Source: Tubiluchus corallicola
Taxonomy: Eukaryota > Animalia > Priapulida
Assembly: GCA_030141605.1 (NCBI GenBank)
Contig: JAQGDQ010000176.1
Span: 1 to 64,000 of the forward strand
Reading direction: 5' to 3'
DNA length: 64,000 nucleotides
Position numbers and translations under genes: made by a program. Below the pieces are notes generated by a model that was not told the DNA's origin, ran no database searches, and worked only from the letters and a program-made list of their open reading frames with translations. The first letter of the stretch is position 1, and each line of letters opens with the position of its first letter. Shown in pieces: positions 31,101 through 44,716 of the stretch.

Positions 31101-32931
31101 CTCGAGTTTGACTGCCCCTTCTACCCCTCCCCATAACTAAAAATAAATATGTAGCAACATTCTTGTGTGTAGGAAGATTTGACATTTGTAAAATTGAACA
31201 GTTTTGCTTTGCACTTGAAATAAGTGGTAGAGACAAATTAATAAACATAGTAAAGAACTACTGAAAAAAATATTTGGAAAGAAATAAATTTCCCTAAGTT
31301 ACAAACATTTCAAAGCATTTCAAACTTTCAACAATACATTTTACCAGTAACAATTTATTTGTAATGTGTTCGAAATTTGCCGTTACAAATGTAGCCAGCA
31401 GTATTAATAAAAATGTAGTTAGAAAAATATAAAAATTTTTACTTTAATACAGTACAGTTCATACCACTAAAATTAACTGAGATTAATCAGGAAACATATA
31501 CAAACCAGCACCAAAACCCCGTCCTTTTCGTCGTTTTGCCTTTTCTTTCAATTGCTGCACCCCTTCTGAAAAAAGAACGGTGATGTGACAAACAGAATAG
31601 TTTACTACTAATTACTATCACGAAGTAAGAACGAAACCTGCTCAGCCCTACTGGCTCTCTGTAACACTGTTAACGGCTGTTTGACCATCCCACTGCATTT
31701 ACATTTCTTGGTGTCTATGCTTAGCCATTTATTGTACCTTATACTGTAAGTGTACAATTTTAGCAGGTATATCTTAGACTTTGATGGTCATTGCACTTAA
31801 AGCAAACACAACGGCGACATCAAAGCAATAATTATATAATACAACAACTAACTGAAAATTGAAAAGAAGCACTAATGTGCGTGGATCTGGCATGATCCAT
31901 TTGCATACGTCTTGTAAAAGTAATGATTTCCATTAAGAAAATCATGGGCAGCATTTACGACTGTCACGGATCCATTTTTTTTTGTACAAATTTAGAATAT
32001 ATGCATTGTTAGGGCAGGTTCATTTACACTTAAGAATGAAAGAAACCACAATAACATAACAATGTATATGGCAGATCTGTTCAATGAATGTGAAACACTT
32101 AGTGGGCACATCAGAGGGCCGTGTTGGGAATGTGAAAAAGCGAGCTCCATTACAGGCTGTGCAATGTTCTGAAGTATCTTCATTCAAAATTTCAGCCTCC
32201 TGCTACGAAAACTGCGGTCTGTGATAATTGGGGAAGAATGCTGACAATTGGGTTGAGCTGTCAACCAGTCGCAGCTGCAAATACTTGACAGGTTGTACTT
32301 ATCGGCATTCAAACTCCTCAGTGAAAAACAACAAAATTCTTTTACTGTTACTTGACTACACAATTATTCACAAAAACAGCAACATTCTCTTTATGGGCAA
32401 TTTCAACTTGCCAATTTTGACATTTGAGAATTGGCCCAAAATGTCTAAGGGCAACCCAAATCCTATGTATTTTGAGGCTCAGTTCACAAAAGTAGTATAA
32501 ACGCGAAAATCTGCTGTATCAACATGTGCATAGCAACACACGTTTTTGCAAAGGTCACAATCCAAGCTGTCTGGACTTCGCTAGAGACTTAAGAAGCGTT
32601 TATTCATTGCATTTCTGGGTGAGGTGGGCACAGATCTGTGTGTATAAACACTCCTGCCAAGAAAAGTTGCCAACGCGCGATCTCAGTAATCCATTACTGA
32701 CTAAAAGTAATCGGTATTCGCGATTACTTTAAATCAGTAGTATCGCCTACCACTGTCCCATACTTCATGAAAATAATCCGCACTTCTCTTACTTAGTCTT
32801 ATAATGAGGGTTAATAATAATATCACAAAGCTTGCATACAAAATTCAGTTATAATTTGTCATACCATCTCCCTCCTCATCTGCTTCAAATTCTTCTACGT
32901 CTTCAGCTTTGACTACTAAGACATCTGCCAT
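28190..32931 (-). CDS. RBM8A: RNA-binding protein 8A (Y14, EJC core); exons 32931-32865, 31565-31506, 30959-30882, 30039-29903, 29477-29335, 28232-28190
   Basis: MADVL..., [69 protein letters not shown], Arg-rich tail. Confidence 0.96.
30315..30377. repeat. Imperfect (ATT)n microsatellite
   Basis: Direct reading of the sequence. Confidence 0.8.
31870..32720 (+). mobile_element. Decayed CR1-type LINE fragment (AP endonuclease region) in RBM8A intron 1
   Basis: [32 protein letters not shown] resemble APE motifs YRPP, GDFN, TR...S.LD; borders approximate. Confidence 0.6.
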
Positions 32932-33206
32932 TTTATTTTAAATTAAACTGTGTATACTCTTAAAGCCTTTATGGAATAAGTGAAAAACCGGCAAAAAGAT
33001 ACAGTTAATAGTGCAAGAAGTTGACACCAGGTGACGCACAACTACAAAACAGGTGAGCATTCCTAAGATTTTCTGCTATATGTAAACAGTTCGCACTGTG
33101 CGTGCAATGCAAACGGGAAAATGTGTTCTGTGAAAGTGAAATTGTTAAGTGTTTTTACTGCTTTAATCACTGTGCACCGTAGATCTACGATTTGAGTTTC
33201 AACAAA

Positions 33207-34205
33207 ATGCCAAATGTAAAAGAACTTGAAACGAAAGTTGTAATGTTGGGTTCTCAAGGTAACCTAGTATATTGAATCTATTCCATTGAATAACTCTTAA
33301 ACTTAAAGATTCTGTAAGTGTACCAGGTTAAGTGTAACTGTTTTTTGTTGATTTACTGTTGAACTGCCTTTTCAACCTATATGACCTAGTGGTCATTACT
33401 TTGGCTAATACTGTTTGCGGTCTAATGCTATTACAGGGCTAGTTAACACCACTCTCAGAATAATAATCTACAATTTACAAACATTGTGTATAGCGCGTAT
33501 GCATATAATTACAGACTCTTACAGTACAGGCCTTCCCGATAGTATAGATTGTGTGTACACAGTTGAAAGCTAAAATAGTGATTAATGTTATTCGTATGCT
33601 TACATGATTATAATAATAATGCACAACATAGTACTAATACACTTATGTACAATTTTACATGTTAAGTTGTTAATACAGTGCACTGTATGTGTGTATACAA
33701 TTAATTTTATGTAGTGCATTACTATTGTTACTATGTAGACCTACTAATGTCATAAACCACTACTACAATTTTCAATTTTGTAAAGTCACTAACAGGAAAC
33801 ACTAGAACTACATGGGTGTTGCCAAAATAAACTATTTTATTGAAAATAGTAAAGAAATTTCATAGCAATAGATTCATCAGCTAAAGATGGTAATGTTGCA
33901 GCTGAGCTACAACAGGGAAGCCCAATTTGGGTGGAGGCTAACAGTTAAGTAGTAATGCCTACGTCACAAGTAGGATGGAACCAATGTGGCAGAGGGAGTG
34001 TTGGCACAATTCAAGCCATAGTGCTCTTATAATTTTGCTTACAGTCACTGTTGCTAGTTGACTCTGACTATCATCTACCATCTTTGCTAAACCGACTTAC
34101 TGTTATAGGAGTTGGGAAAACTAGTGTAGTCCTGAGATACTGCGGATCGAAGTTTGATAAACACGTGAGCCCAACCATTGGTGCATCATTTTTTAGTTGC
34201 AAAGT
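33207..34205 (+). CDS. Rab GTPase (RabX1 / Rab21-22-31-like), only two coding exons found: 33207-33258, 34109-34205
   Basis: Spliced MPNVKELETKVVMLGSQ-GVGKTSVVLRYCGSKFDKHVSPTIGASFFSCKV: P-loop plus PTIGASF switch I; canonical splice sites; absent from the ORF track. Confidence 0.85.
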
Positions 34206-35409
34206 GTAAGTTTATTTTTCGATTTTGTTTTTAAATTTAAAGCATCTTCAGTTCGGCAGTGGCATTATTAAATAGGAAGAAAAAGGAATTTTAAAGTGTA
34301 TCCTGAATAGCTTTCCATACAAAGTTATATTACTTAGCATTATACTTATCTGCCTGAAAGATTTATGTAATTGAAAAAGAAATTCTTGTAAATTTAAAAT
34401 ATTCCCACCATCTGATAAAACGGCACGCATCGCCATCCTAGTGGGCACCAAAAAACATACTAGTAATGCTATTGATGATATAAAGTATTCCAAATTTTAC
34501 CCTAGTTAGCAAAGAGTGTTAGCGGTTGCTGTGCAATAAATACTTGTAATGTAGTAATGTCCCTGAGCAGCCCCCTTACAATGAATTTGTTCATCTTCAT
34601 TGTTTAAACATAATTTGTAGCCAAAACTGATTTGCATGAAACTTATATTTGCAAGCTGTAGCAAAAGGAAGCATTAGGTTGTGTCATGACATTAATGCCT
34701 GAAAGTCTTAAGTTCACATTCAAATTACACATGTATTTTTACTCTCGATTTCTGTAATGTTCTTTTTCACAATACTGGACCTAATCCTATAACTGTCTGT
34801 TTATTATCCGTTTTTGTTAAGTCTTTCTTTCTTTGCCAATGTGTTTACAGTATTTAGGCCTATTGCTCTAATGAACAGGTTAGCCTCTAGAGAAAATTCG
34901 TAAGTTTTCTTTATTAGAAGAGATTTTGGAAATTAGTAGAACTTTTTTTAAAATTGTGACAGGGTTTACCTGTTCGGCAATCCCAACAGTTGCCACTTAC
35001 AGTTATTAAGACACAGAGATGACTGCACCAGCACATTATTATCAATGAGAAACAATGAAGAAATTTTGCATTGAGCTATATACATAGAGGCCAGAGCCGT
35101 GCCGTTTTAGCTGAGCTCCAGCCGGTTTACTTCTACAGTCGACCTAACCGATAAGAAACCGAGCTTTAGTCTCGCCAGCCACTCAGTGATGGGAGTCGAG
35201 CTAGCCGACATTTTTGCTGGTTGCGAAGATTTTCGCTGTTGCAGACAAGTCACTGGCATAGCAGTGTCTAGCTTTTTGCTGGATTACTGCAATGTTTACC
35301 TGTCTTAAGGGCAGAAATCTTTTATTTTAGAATTCTGCCTAACCAATGTCTACAATTGACATAGCAGGCATATAATGATGATGAAATTACTGGTTGAAAT
35401 ATGTTAAAC

Positions 35410-36364
35410 TAGTGGTTCCCAACCGGGGGTACGCAGAAGGTGTGTCAGATCGACACATTTTTTCTTTCTGTAGCCGTTGAAAAGGGTAAAATACACGGGC
35501 AAAATATTTGGCGGACATTTTTTCTGTCTCGAATGAGTTGAATATTTCAATTCAAGGAAACAACATGAACATTGTCGAGGCTCACGAAAAATTATCAGGT
35601 TTCTTGAAGAAGCTTCCAATTTGGATTTGACGAGTTGAGAGCGGCGTACTAACGAACTTCCCAACTTTAGAAGAACTTGTTACAACACAAGGCGAACTCC
35701 CAAACGCATTACAAGCTGACATTGGAGCCCATTTGAAAGTTCTTCAAGAACCTTTTGCTTCTGACGTTGATGAACTGCCAGATGACGATGCGAGCAAAGA
35801 ACTTCTGATTGAATTGCAAGCATGTGAAGTTGAGAAGATGAAGTTCAAGACCACGTCACTAGAGAAGTTCTGGACACAGCTAGGTGCAGACTTCAATGGA
35901 CTGAAAATTGCGGCTTTCGAGGTGTTGGTTCCATTTGTGACAACATACAAATGTGAGCTAGGCTTCAGTGCAATGCTACATTTGAAGACGAAGGCAAGAA
36001 ACCGTTTGGATTTGAGGAGCGACATGCGAGTCGCAATATCAACAATTAAACCTGATATCAAAAAACTTGTTGATAATCATCAAGAACAGCGTGCGCATTA
36101 ATTATGACTGCTGTGAAGATCGCGTTTCCTTGTATTGATGTTTTCATATTCGAGAAAGTTGTTCAAATTACGTATTTCTTAATAATCAGTGATAAAATTC
36201 ATGTTTTCAAAAATAGTTAAAATAAAAAAATGTCGATAATATGAATCGTTGTTTTCTGAAAACTGGTTTTTCAAACGATTTGTTGAAAAATATCAGGTGG
36301 GGGTATGCTGAAGATCGCCACATTTAGAAGGGGTACTTGGCAAGGAAAAGGTTGGGAACCACTG
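35410..36364 (+). mobile_element. Internally deleted hAT (Buster/Charlie group) element
   Basis: TIRs TAGTGGTTCCCAACC / GGTTGGGAACCACTG; 8-bp TSD TGTTAAAC/TGTTAAAT with central TA; ORF 35733-36101 has the hAT dimerisation motif PFVTTYKCELGFS...KTKARNRL. Confidence 0.93.
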
Positions 36365-39259
36365 TGTTAAATGAAATATGGTGTGGCATTGCGGATTCAG
36401 AGGCAGATTGTGCATGTGCTGACAGAGATACTAAATTTTAGAAATTTTTGAACAGGCAAGCAGTCCATTCAAAATTAAATACACAAATATACAACGTTGG
36501 TCGCTTGTATGGATCATATTATTATTATATGAAATAAATTATATTTGCAATAAATCCATTTTTTTCTGCATATAAGCAGCACGAATTATTTAAAAAATTG
36601 CTCTCCATAATTTAACAGTTAAGTAACAGTTTATCATTTATTTAGTTAACAAAAATTTGTAGCTTTAACTGACTTGGCTGAGTTACTGTGTGAGTCAGCT
36701 GATGTAGTAGCAACTGACAGCTTCAGCCTCTGTACAATTTTAGTCAACTGGTGCAAGTGTACTTTGTTGTAAATTTTAGTGATTGGAAACTAGATGCTTA
36801 ACACAACTGTAATCCTTGAAAATTATAAAACAAAAATATATTATCTTAGAGACTCCACCTAACTCTACACTGAATCACTGAGGGCCTTCAGTGCAAAACA
36901 GGTTGCGCTGCCTTTATAAACGTATCTGAACCAGATTCAGAGATTCTTTTCTGAGCTTTAATTTTTTCAAAATTTTGAAATTACACTTCAGTCAAGAGTG
37001 TCTGTGTGAAGTCTTTTAAGTAACATTTATACTGTGTTGCTGTACGGTGACTTCTTATTTAAAGCTGTCTTTTACAGCAATAAATTTCTTGCGGCTATAA
37101 CCTCTTAAAAAATATTTTTCTGCAGTTCAGAATAATCTTTAAACTGTATGCTTTCAATCAGTACCAAGTTGCATGTACACAGCAACATTGAATAAATCCA
37201 AAGTAGGTTACCAACACTAACTTTCCAGGTGACCTTGTTTCTCAGTACAGCAAGTCTTGTCCAGGCAGCGTCAGAAAGAAGCAATACCAGCACAGCAATC
37301 TTATATGATCCTATAATCCCAGGTAAATCTTCAAGGTAGAACTTCAGTCTAGCCGCAAGAAATGTCCAGAACCATGTTATACAATAAATGTTGTAGCTGA
37401 CGGAATGTCCCAAAACAAAACTTCTAATTCCGCATTGGCTTGCTAACGGTTATTTATTCTGGGGAAAAAAATAAATCAAATATTAAATCATTTAGGTGTG
37501 CATTACAAAAACAAACTGTTCTTCAATAATTTACTCCACATTTGGTTCATATAAACAAAAATGATTAAATATCCGACACGTTTGTTGGATTTCATATTAA
37601 AGATAACAATTACATGTATGACTATTAACCATGTAATCATGCAGTATCTGGCATTACTGAGTATTACAAATTCACTAGAAGCATCATAAAAAATTAAACT
37701 GTGAACTCACGTATATTGGCCAGCGGCATTTAAATCTTAAAAGCATCCACAAACTGCAAGTCACAAGCATTTACCAACTGATCAAATCAGGCTATATTAA
37801 GCAGAATCTAGACAGTGTGACACTTTACTGTCCTACTGCCTTCTGTATAAAGAAAGATGAATCACCTGAGTATTAGTATACAGTCCAAATTTACAGCAAG
37901 TAATTCATTCAAGGCCTAAAAGGTGGCAGCACATGACAGTATCATTATCCCCAACAAGCACGATGTTGTATTGCTCGCTGATAAATAATTACACACTGAC
38001 ACACAGTTTCAAAAAGTACACTTGGTATATAAAAGAAACAATAGTTTACTTGTTTTCCACTACCATAAGAGCTCAGATACTGTGTTCTGTAACATACTTT
38101 TGTGGCTACATTAACACTGTGTATTACTTTAGAAAAACATTAAAAGTCAATATTATAGCATATAAGTAATGTATGTTTTCTAATTTCGGATATTTATTAT
38201 AATAATACTTTCTGTGATCAGTATCTGCTGACACGATGCAGACAAAATGTAAAAGCAGCATACTTTGAATTTTTTGAGCATAAGTACATAAACTGTTTAC
38301 ATATATTTACATTCTTCAATTATACCAGTATTTTGTACATAAAACACAAACCAGCACCCATTTATCTACACTGTAAATAGATAAAAATATAATAGTATAC
38401 AATCCTATAATACAAACCCATAACATGGTAGGCCAGAGCAACATACATAATTAATATGATTAGAGAAGGTACGCAAACTGATGTACATTTACAAAAACAT
38501 AACATTTGTTCCAGCTTATCATTTTCAGGCTGCAGTAGATCACAGTTAATACAAGATAAGGCGAACAAATGAAAAACGTTAGTTTGAGAAACGTCATTAG
38601 TGCTTTGCTAAGAAGTTAAGCTGCATCAGACCTGATTAGTAAACTGATGCACACACTCAAAACTGAAACTGTGTAAATGGACAGGTAACTGCCAGGAAAA
38701 CTGCTTCGGGTGTTTCCATGTTAAAGAATTATCTTTAATAATCATATCATCTTGTAATCATCGCTGCTTTATGTCAATGATGCTATGAAAACTGAAATTG
38801 AGATCTGCTGTTCACCCCAAAAGTCGGTCTGTCTTTGTAGTGTCAAATTAAATGTTAGTGCCAATCTTGCTTCCAATGATATGCCAGTGTGTGCTGGCAT
38901 TCTTTTCTAAAAGAAAACACTTTCATTGACATTCACCACCTACTGGCATAAATAACCATCTTCTTGATTAAAATGTTTTTTCTTAAGTTTTTAACTGCTT
39001 CAACTTCTGCATTGGTTGTTTCAATTGTGTTACTTTAAATAATGTGAAAAGTTGATACTGGCAACATTGGAAGGGGTTCGAATTAAAAAAACACTTTAGA
39101 CCTTTGCTCCAGAAGTAGTTTCATTCCTGTTTGCATATCATTAGGCAAACTCAAAGCTTTAGTTTTAATAACACATAAACTGACTGGAGTTGCATTCTGA
39201 TATTGGCCACGCATCCATATTATACATATTTTCTTGTAATATGTATGTATTATATGCAA

Positions 39260-39372
39260 TATACACGCATTACACAAAATAAATTAAGAGCCTGAAAAGA
39301 TTTATCCTCAATTGGGAATTGAACCCACTTTTGCATATCAGGCAGTTTTGCTAGTTACCACAGTCTATGCCA
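39260..39372 (-). mobile_element. Degenerate tRNA-derived SINE head
   Basis: Minus strand GGCATAGACTGTGGTAACTAGC...GTGGGTTCAATTCCC (A/B-box like); downstream part resembles the 62675-63070 copies. Confidence 0.45.
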
Positions 39373-40589
39373 AAGTAAAAGCACACATTTCAATCGCCTT
39401 TCAACTGTTATGCATTTTAATCATGCTATTCTACTGCATTAGCTAAATTGTTAGTGCAAAGCTTCTTGCCTTGCTTTTATTTTTCTAGAGTTTTGTGAAT
39501 TGTCGCTACGGCTGACTGATGCTGATAAAGATGTGTTTTGTGTTGTTCTCTCTCCAGAATTACAGCATATTAAAGTGGCAGGTAAGCTAGCATGTGCTAA
39601 CATGTATTTTTAATACTTAACACATATTTTGTCAAATCAACTCAATTTACCCTGTAGCGGCAAACACCAGCAATAAATGCTATACAGAAATGTGTCAGCA
39701 CATGACAGCCAGCTATGAACTAGTAGTAAGTGTTTGCAGAGTAGTTTTCTTGTTTAAGATCTTTGCACAAAGTCTCGGCATTCACAAACAAAATTTCAAG
39801 CACACGGTATAATGACAAAAATAGACTGTTACAATAAAACATTTGTCACTGAGCCAAGAAATGGAAAAATTCATTATCACTAAACCTAATTATCGCTAAA
39901 CGGGAGTCGTTAAGTGGCGAATTATTTTAAATTTAAAAAAATAGCACACTTATAATGATTCAGTAAAAGTTTTAAAAATTCTGCTATGAACATTAGCATG
40001 TAAATAGATGCATTCAAAAGTTTCCAATGTAATCATCAACACTACTGTCTTTTGCTGGGAAATTTATGTAAGGTGTTTCAAATCTAAGACACTTACTGTA
40101 ATTTGGAGGAAAAAAGAGAAATAGTCAGTACACAGGCACAATTAAAGTTAAAAGTTTCTTTTTTAAGAAAGCGTGACACTATCATTGATGCAAAATGAAA
40201 TGTTAAACTAATAACGTCGCAGTACCTCAAGCCTGTTTGCATCTAGTGTTTAGATAAACAAGAGTGGTGACAACTTGTTTATTAAAAACTTATAATTTGT
40301 ATATTTTTGCTGCTGACTATTCTAAATTAAAACATGTATAACAAGTATTTGACACATGTATAACAATGTGTAACAAATTTTTTATACTGTAGAAAAATCA
40401 TACAAACATTTCACATGGCTGTTTTCTGAAAACAAATTCAGAAGTGATTGCATTAATAATGACAGTGAAAATTTTTCACAAGATTTTTTTGATTTTACAG
40501 AATATACAAAGAAAAAATATATCTATAGTGTATGTCAAATACCAACAGGTCATGGCAAAAAGTCATAAAGTAATAAATCACTAAATTCT

Positions 40590-43500
40590 TTACTCATCAT
40601 TCTGAGCAGCCTTTTCTGTGGAATCGTGATGTGAAGAAGCCATTGGTTTGCTGTCACTTCTCAGTCGTGTTGTATCACATGCGCTGTATTTTGTTCCCTC
40701 AAACTGCCTCAGATGAATCTGATTAATTTAAAACAACCAGTAATAAAAGTCATTGATATAGCTAGCTGTTTCGTATTTTTAGACAGAAATTCGAATTTCA
40801 TGACACAAAATAGTTTCATAGTAATAAGTTGTGAAGAAGCTACATTTTTGATGGGATAAATCAAGCAGGTCATTAGCAAGTTCAAGAAATGTGTACAAAA
40901 AAGTTATTCGCCCTTGATGATTGCTTTGCTTGTCATTTTTCTGGAAATTTTATTTCATTTTTAAAACATATGCAAATATTATAAATAAAGCAAATAAATG
41001 AGAATTTAAGTGCTTTTAAATGTAGCACATACACAACATTTGACAAAAACGACTTCAGTATGTCTCAATTCGTGTACTTCATTATGTGTGCACAAAGCAC
41101 CTGCCAAATGAGCAGATAAAAATAAATATTCACCTGTAGATAAAGATTTACTTCTGCACTTCGGCTTAAGAAAGGAAAATTGCCACCACTTTTTAGGTGT
41201 GCCCTTTTTGCTTCGGGGTAGCATTTATACGTTTCTTCCCTAACAGCTTGTGTTAATGCACAATCATCAAATACCTAAAAATGCATCAATTAGAACACTT
41301 GCAGCATAATTAATTCCAGTGCTCCCAGTTTAAGTCGTGGTTGATCCTGTTCCAAACAAATCTCTGCAAATGCTTGAGAACCCTTCCAATGGACACAGTG
41401 CTTTTATTTGATCGCAAAAAGTTTGCCAGTTCAAGAATAGCCAGACACTGATTTACATGTTAATTAGGCTGTGATGGGTAACTTTGGAAAACAGCTACCA
41501 AAACAGCAAGCTTTTTTTTCTACAGTCAAGGCTAGAAAAACGTTCCTACAAATTAATTCGTAATGGTACTAATAGAGGTACTTATAAAAATAAACCCATA
41601 TCACCTTGTAGCCCAGTTTACCCTCTTTCCGAGGAGCTATAAATTTTCAAAGAGTAGCCTCAAGGCACTCTTTGATCGACTGATTGACCCCGGACTAAAA
41701 CTAGAGCAACTTGTACCGGATGACGTGAAACGTGGGCCTCTTTTACAAATGTCTTTATCAGCATTGGACGAGAACTACGAGGAGCTGATTTCGGGAAAAG
41801 CTTTTCTGGAAGACCTGTAATCTGTAGTCCTTAAATCTGATAATAAAATTTTAAAGCAAGTAACTGACAGAGAACAACAATAAGAAATGAACAGTAAATC
41901 ATCAACATGAAAGCACAGCTGTAACAGCCTGTGCATACAGACTTACATCCATAACTGTAATGGTGACGTTACTCAGCTTCTGAGGCTCAACGTACGAAGC
42001 CATGCAGTTTAATGTCAATCTTGAAGCCAACTGTTGCTGATTTAGAGAATCGAGCTGAAAGATTACCAGTTATTAATAATCAATCTATCACCACTATCAA
42101 TTCTTTAACACAGGAATTTGCAGTTTTAAATTTTCAGAAGTATGATCTGAAGATTAAATACCTTCTCAACCATAAAATCTATGGAATCTGCTATCTCTGA
42201 ATCCACTGGTGAAGCATTAAAGTTACCCATAACCATTTTTTTTAAAACTAAATTCGGCATCATCCAAAATCTAGAAAAACATGTTCAAGATACGTATCAA
42301 TTACAATCAAAATCTAGTGTTCATGCTTGAGAAAGTGTTGTGTCTAAGTGGTGGCTCCAGTAAGATACTGGGCCTAGGCAGCACCCTGGCATTAGATTTT
42401 GGCACATTTACAGAGCTGTACATGTCGTTTGATTTGCAGTGAATTTTGTGATAAAGTTGAAAATGGTGTCGATAACACAATTTCTTTCTGCAGAAGAAAA
42501 AATAGCAATTTGAAATAAAAGCTCAAATCGATTATGCTCACCTAAATTGATTTGGGCTTTTATTTACTGTAAAGTTAATCAAGTGACGTTTTACAAGGAC
42601 AATAATATTGATTGTTGAAATTGTATTACTATCCTAAAGCCGCAAAATTACATAAAAAACAGAAAAGGTTGAGATCTTCAATTAAAGTTGCATGACACTG
42701 CAGATGAATGAATGAGTTGTTGACATTTTGCAAACAGCTTAAATGAGCAATTTAGCAAATTAGAAATGACATGGCGGTCACAATTCTGAAGAAAAATCCA
42801 ATTAATTTGCGAGTCAAGACCCGCATTGTCTTTTACACATGTATTACTTACAAGGCAGCCGAATCTGTCTGCTCAAAGATACTAGTATCAGTGAAAGAAT
42901 TGCACATGACAATAGAAGCCACTCGGGGGGATCGGAATGTTGCTTCGGCAAATTTCTGACCTAGAAATCCTCCAAGTGATGTACCGAATATATGCACCTA
43001 CACAACATGTATGTACTTCACATTATATATCAAAACTTACACATACACAGCATACAGGAATCATTTGCTCTAAATAAGGCTGCAAAACAAAACAATACTA
43101 ATTAGGTTAACAGCTATGAAACATTAAAGAGACTCATTCCAATGCAGGTTCAGAAGAATTTGGCCCAAGATTTGTAAAACTCTAATTCACATCATCTATA
43201 TTACACACACACACACACTAAAAAATAATCTCTTCTCAGTCGAACTTGAGCTGTTATCTTGCTATACTGTGATAAACGAATACTACTCAGAAAGAGATTT
43301 ACAGTTACTAACTAGTGAACTAACTTTCATGTGTGGACCCAAGTTGGACAGCTGATCATTTACTGCATCAATTTCAGTTCAAGTCAGCAAACAACTTTAG
43401 TTTTGGATGTACATTTGTCAACCACAGACTACAGGTGGGCAAACAATCATGAACCGCACAAACGGAACAGCTGATTGCCACATCAGTAACTGCCTACTAT

Positions 43501-44681
43501 ATGACTAGTAGTAAAAACTAAAGACTATCAAAATGCTACTGAGTAACCCAGCAAAAGAAATGCCCATGTCAGAACACAAAAATTACAAAATGCAATTAGG
43601 TTGGCAATATCAGTAGTTACCTTATCGAGATGTAAATAATCGAGTAATTTCCGAAGACCCTCATTCCATTCCATTAAATTCCAGTAAACTGGATATTCTG
43701 TCTGAAATGTTAATTATCAAATTACAAAATGTAGTTTTTTGTAGCATATATGAACTGATGCACTTATAGAGTACCTAATTAATACAATAAAAACTCAGAA
43801 TGCTTCACAGGCCATACGGTTAGGAAAATGCTGTAAAAATACTTGCATCTGCGAATAGAGAAATTTCACCAAATTCATATGGGTAACAAATAGGCAAAAA
43901 GGTAGTAAGCAGTCCAACATTCTTTTTATTTTTTGCCATTCAACAAGCAGTAAAATGCCACAGTACTGATGACTGGGTAATGATGCAATGTTAACCAAGC
44001 TGTTCTCAAACAAAAAGCAGTGAAGCGCTTAGACTTTTCGAAGACTGTTGACATCATTAAGCAACTTGAACTGCGCAAAAGCACATCTGCACAAATGTTG
44101 ATTGTAGTGCCAGCAAATGCAGTCGTGGCAATAATATCATTGATATGAACTGATCTTGGATAACTGTTATGAAGAAAGACTAGGACATTTAAAACAAAGG
44201 TTAATACATACAGAAATGACTCTATAGCCAAGAGCAGACAACGACATGATCTGCTTGAAGAAGACATCGGCACCACCACTAGCAGGAGGTAGGCACAATA
44301 GAGGACAAGCTATACTGCGTGGACCGGCATCATACACTTTCCATTCTTTGCTGTCGTCATCATCAACTACAATCTGAAAATTGCAAACATCATAATGATT
44401 ATCACAAAGGGTCATGAAACCTACAAAGGCAAGTTTGTAGCAATTTCTGAAACGAAAACAAAAGAATGTGACATACGCACATAATTTTTCCTGATGAAGA
44501 CAAGTCTTAGCTTATTTCAGATGACAGGCATGGAGAATCCAAGTGATCGGGGCATATGCTTTGCAAGCAAAGTTAAGAATAGCAATGAGGCTGGTCAAGG
44601 AATGGGTGGGTGATCAAGAAATGTCTGAACATGACTAAGACACCTCTGTTGGTTCAGTGTTTCACCTTAGAGGAATAACCT

Positions 44682-44716
<35 letters not shown>

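Noticed and set aside
37105-37413. 102-aa minus-strand ORF
   Set aside because: Non-ATG start, no motif; region resembles UTR/intergenic sequence
41134-42997. SPG21 keeps GTSLGG but has Asn (GGNFP) at the catalytic His position
   Set aside because: Known feature of maspardin orthologs, not novel
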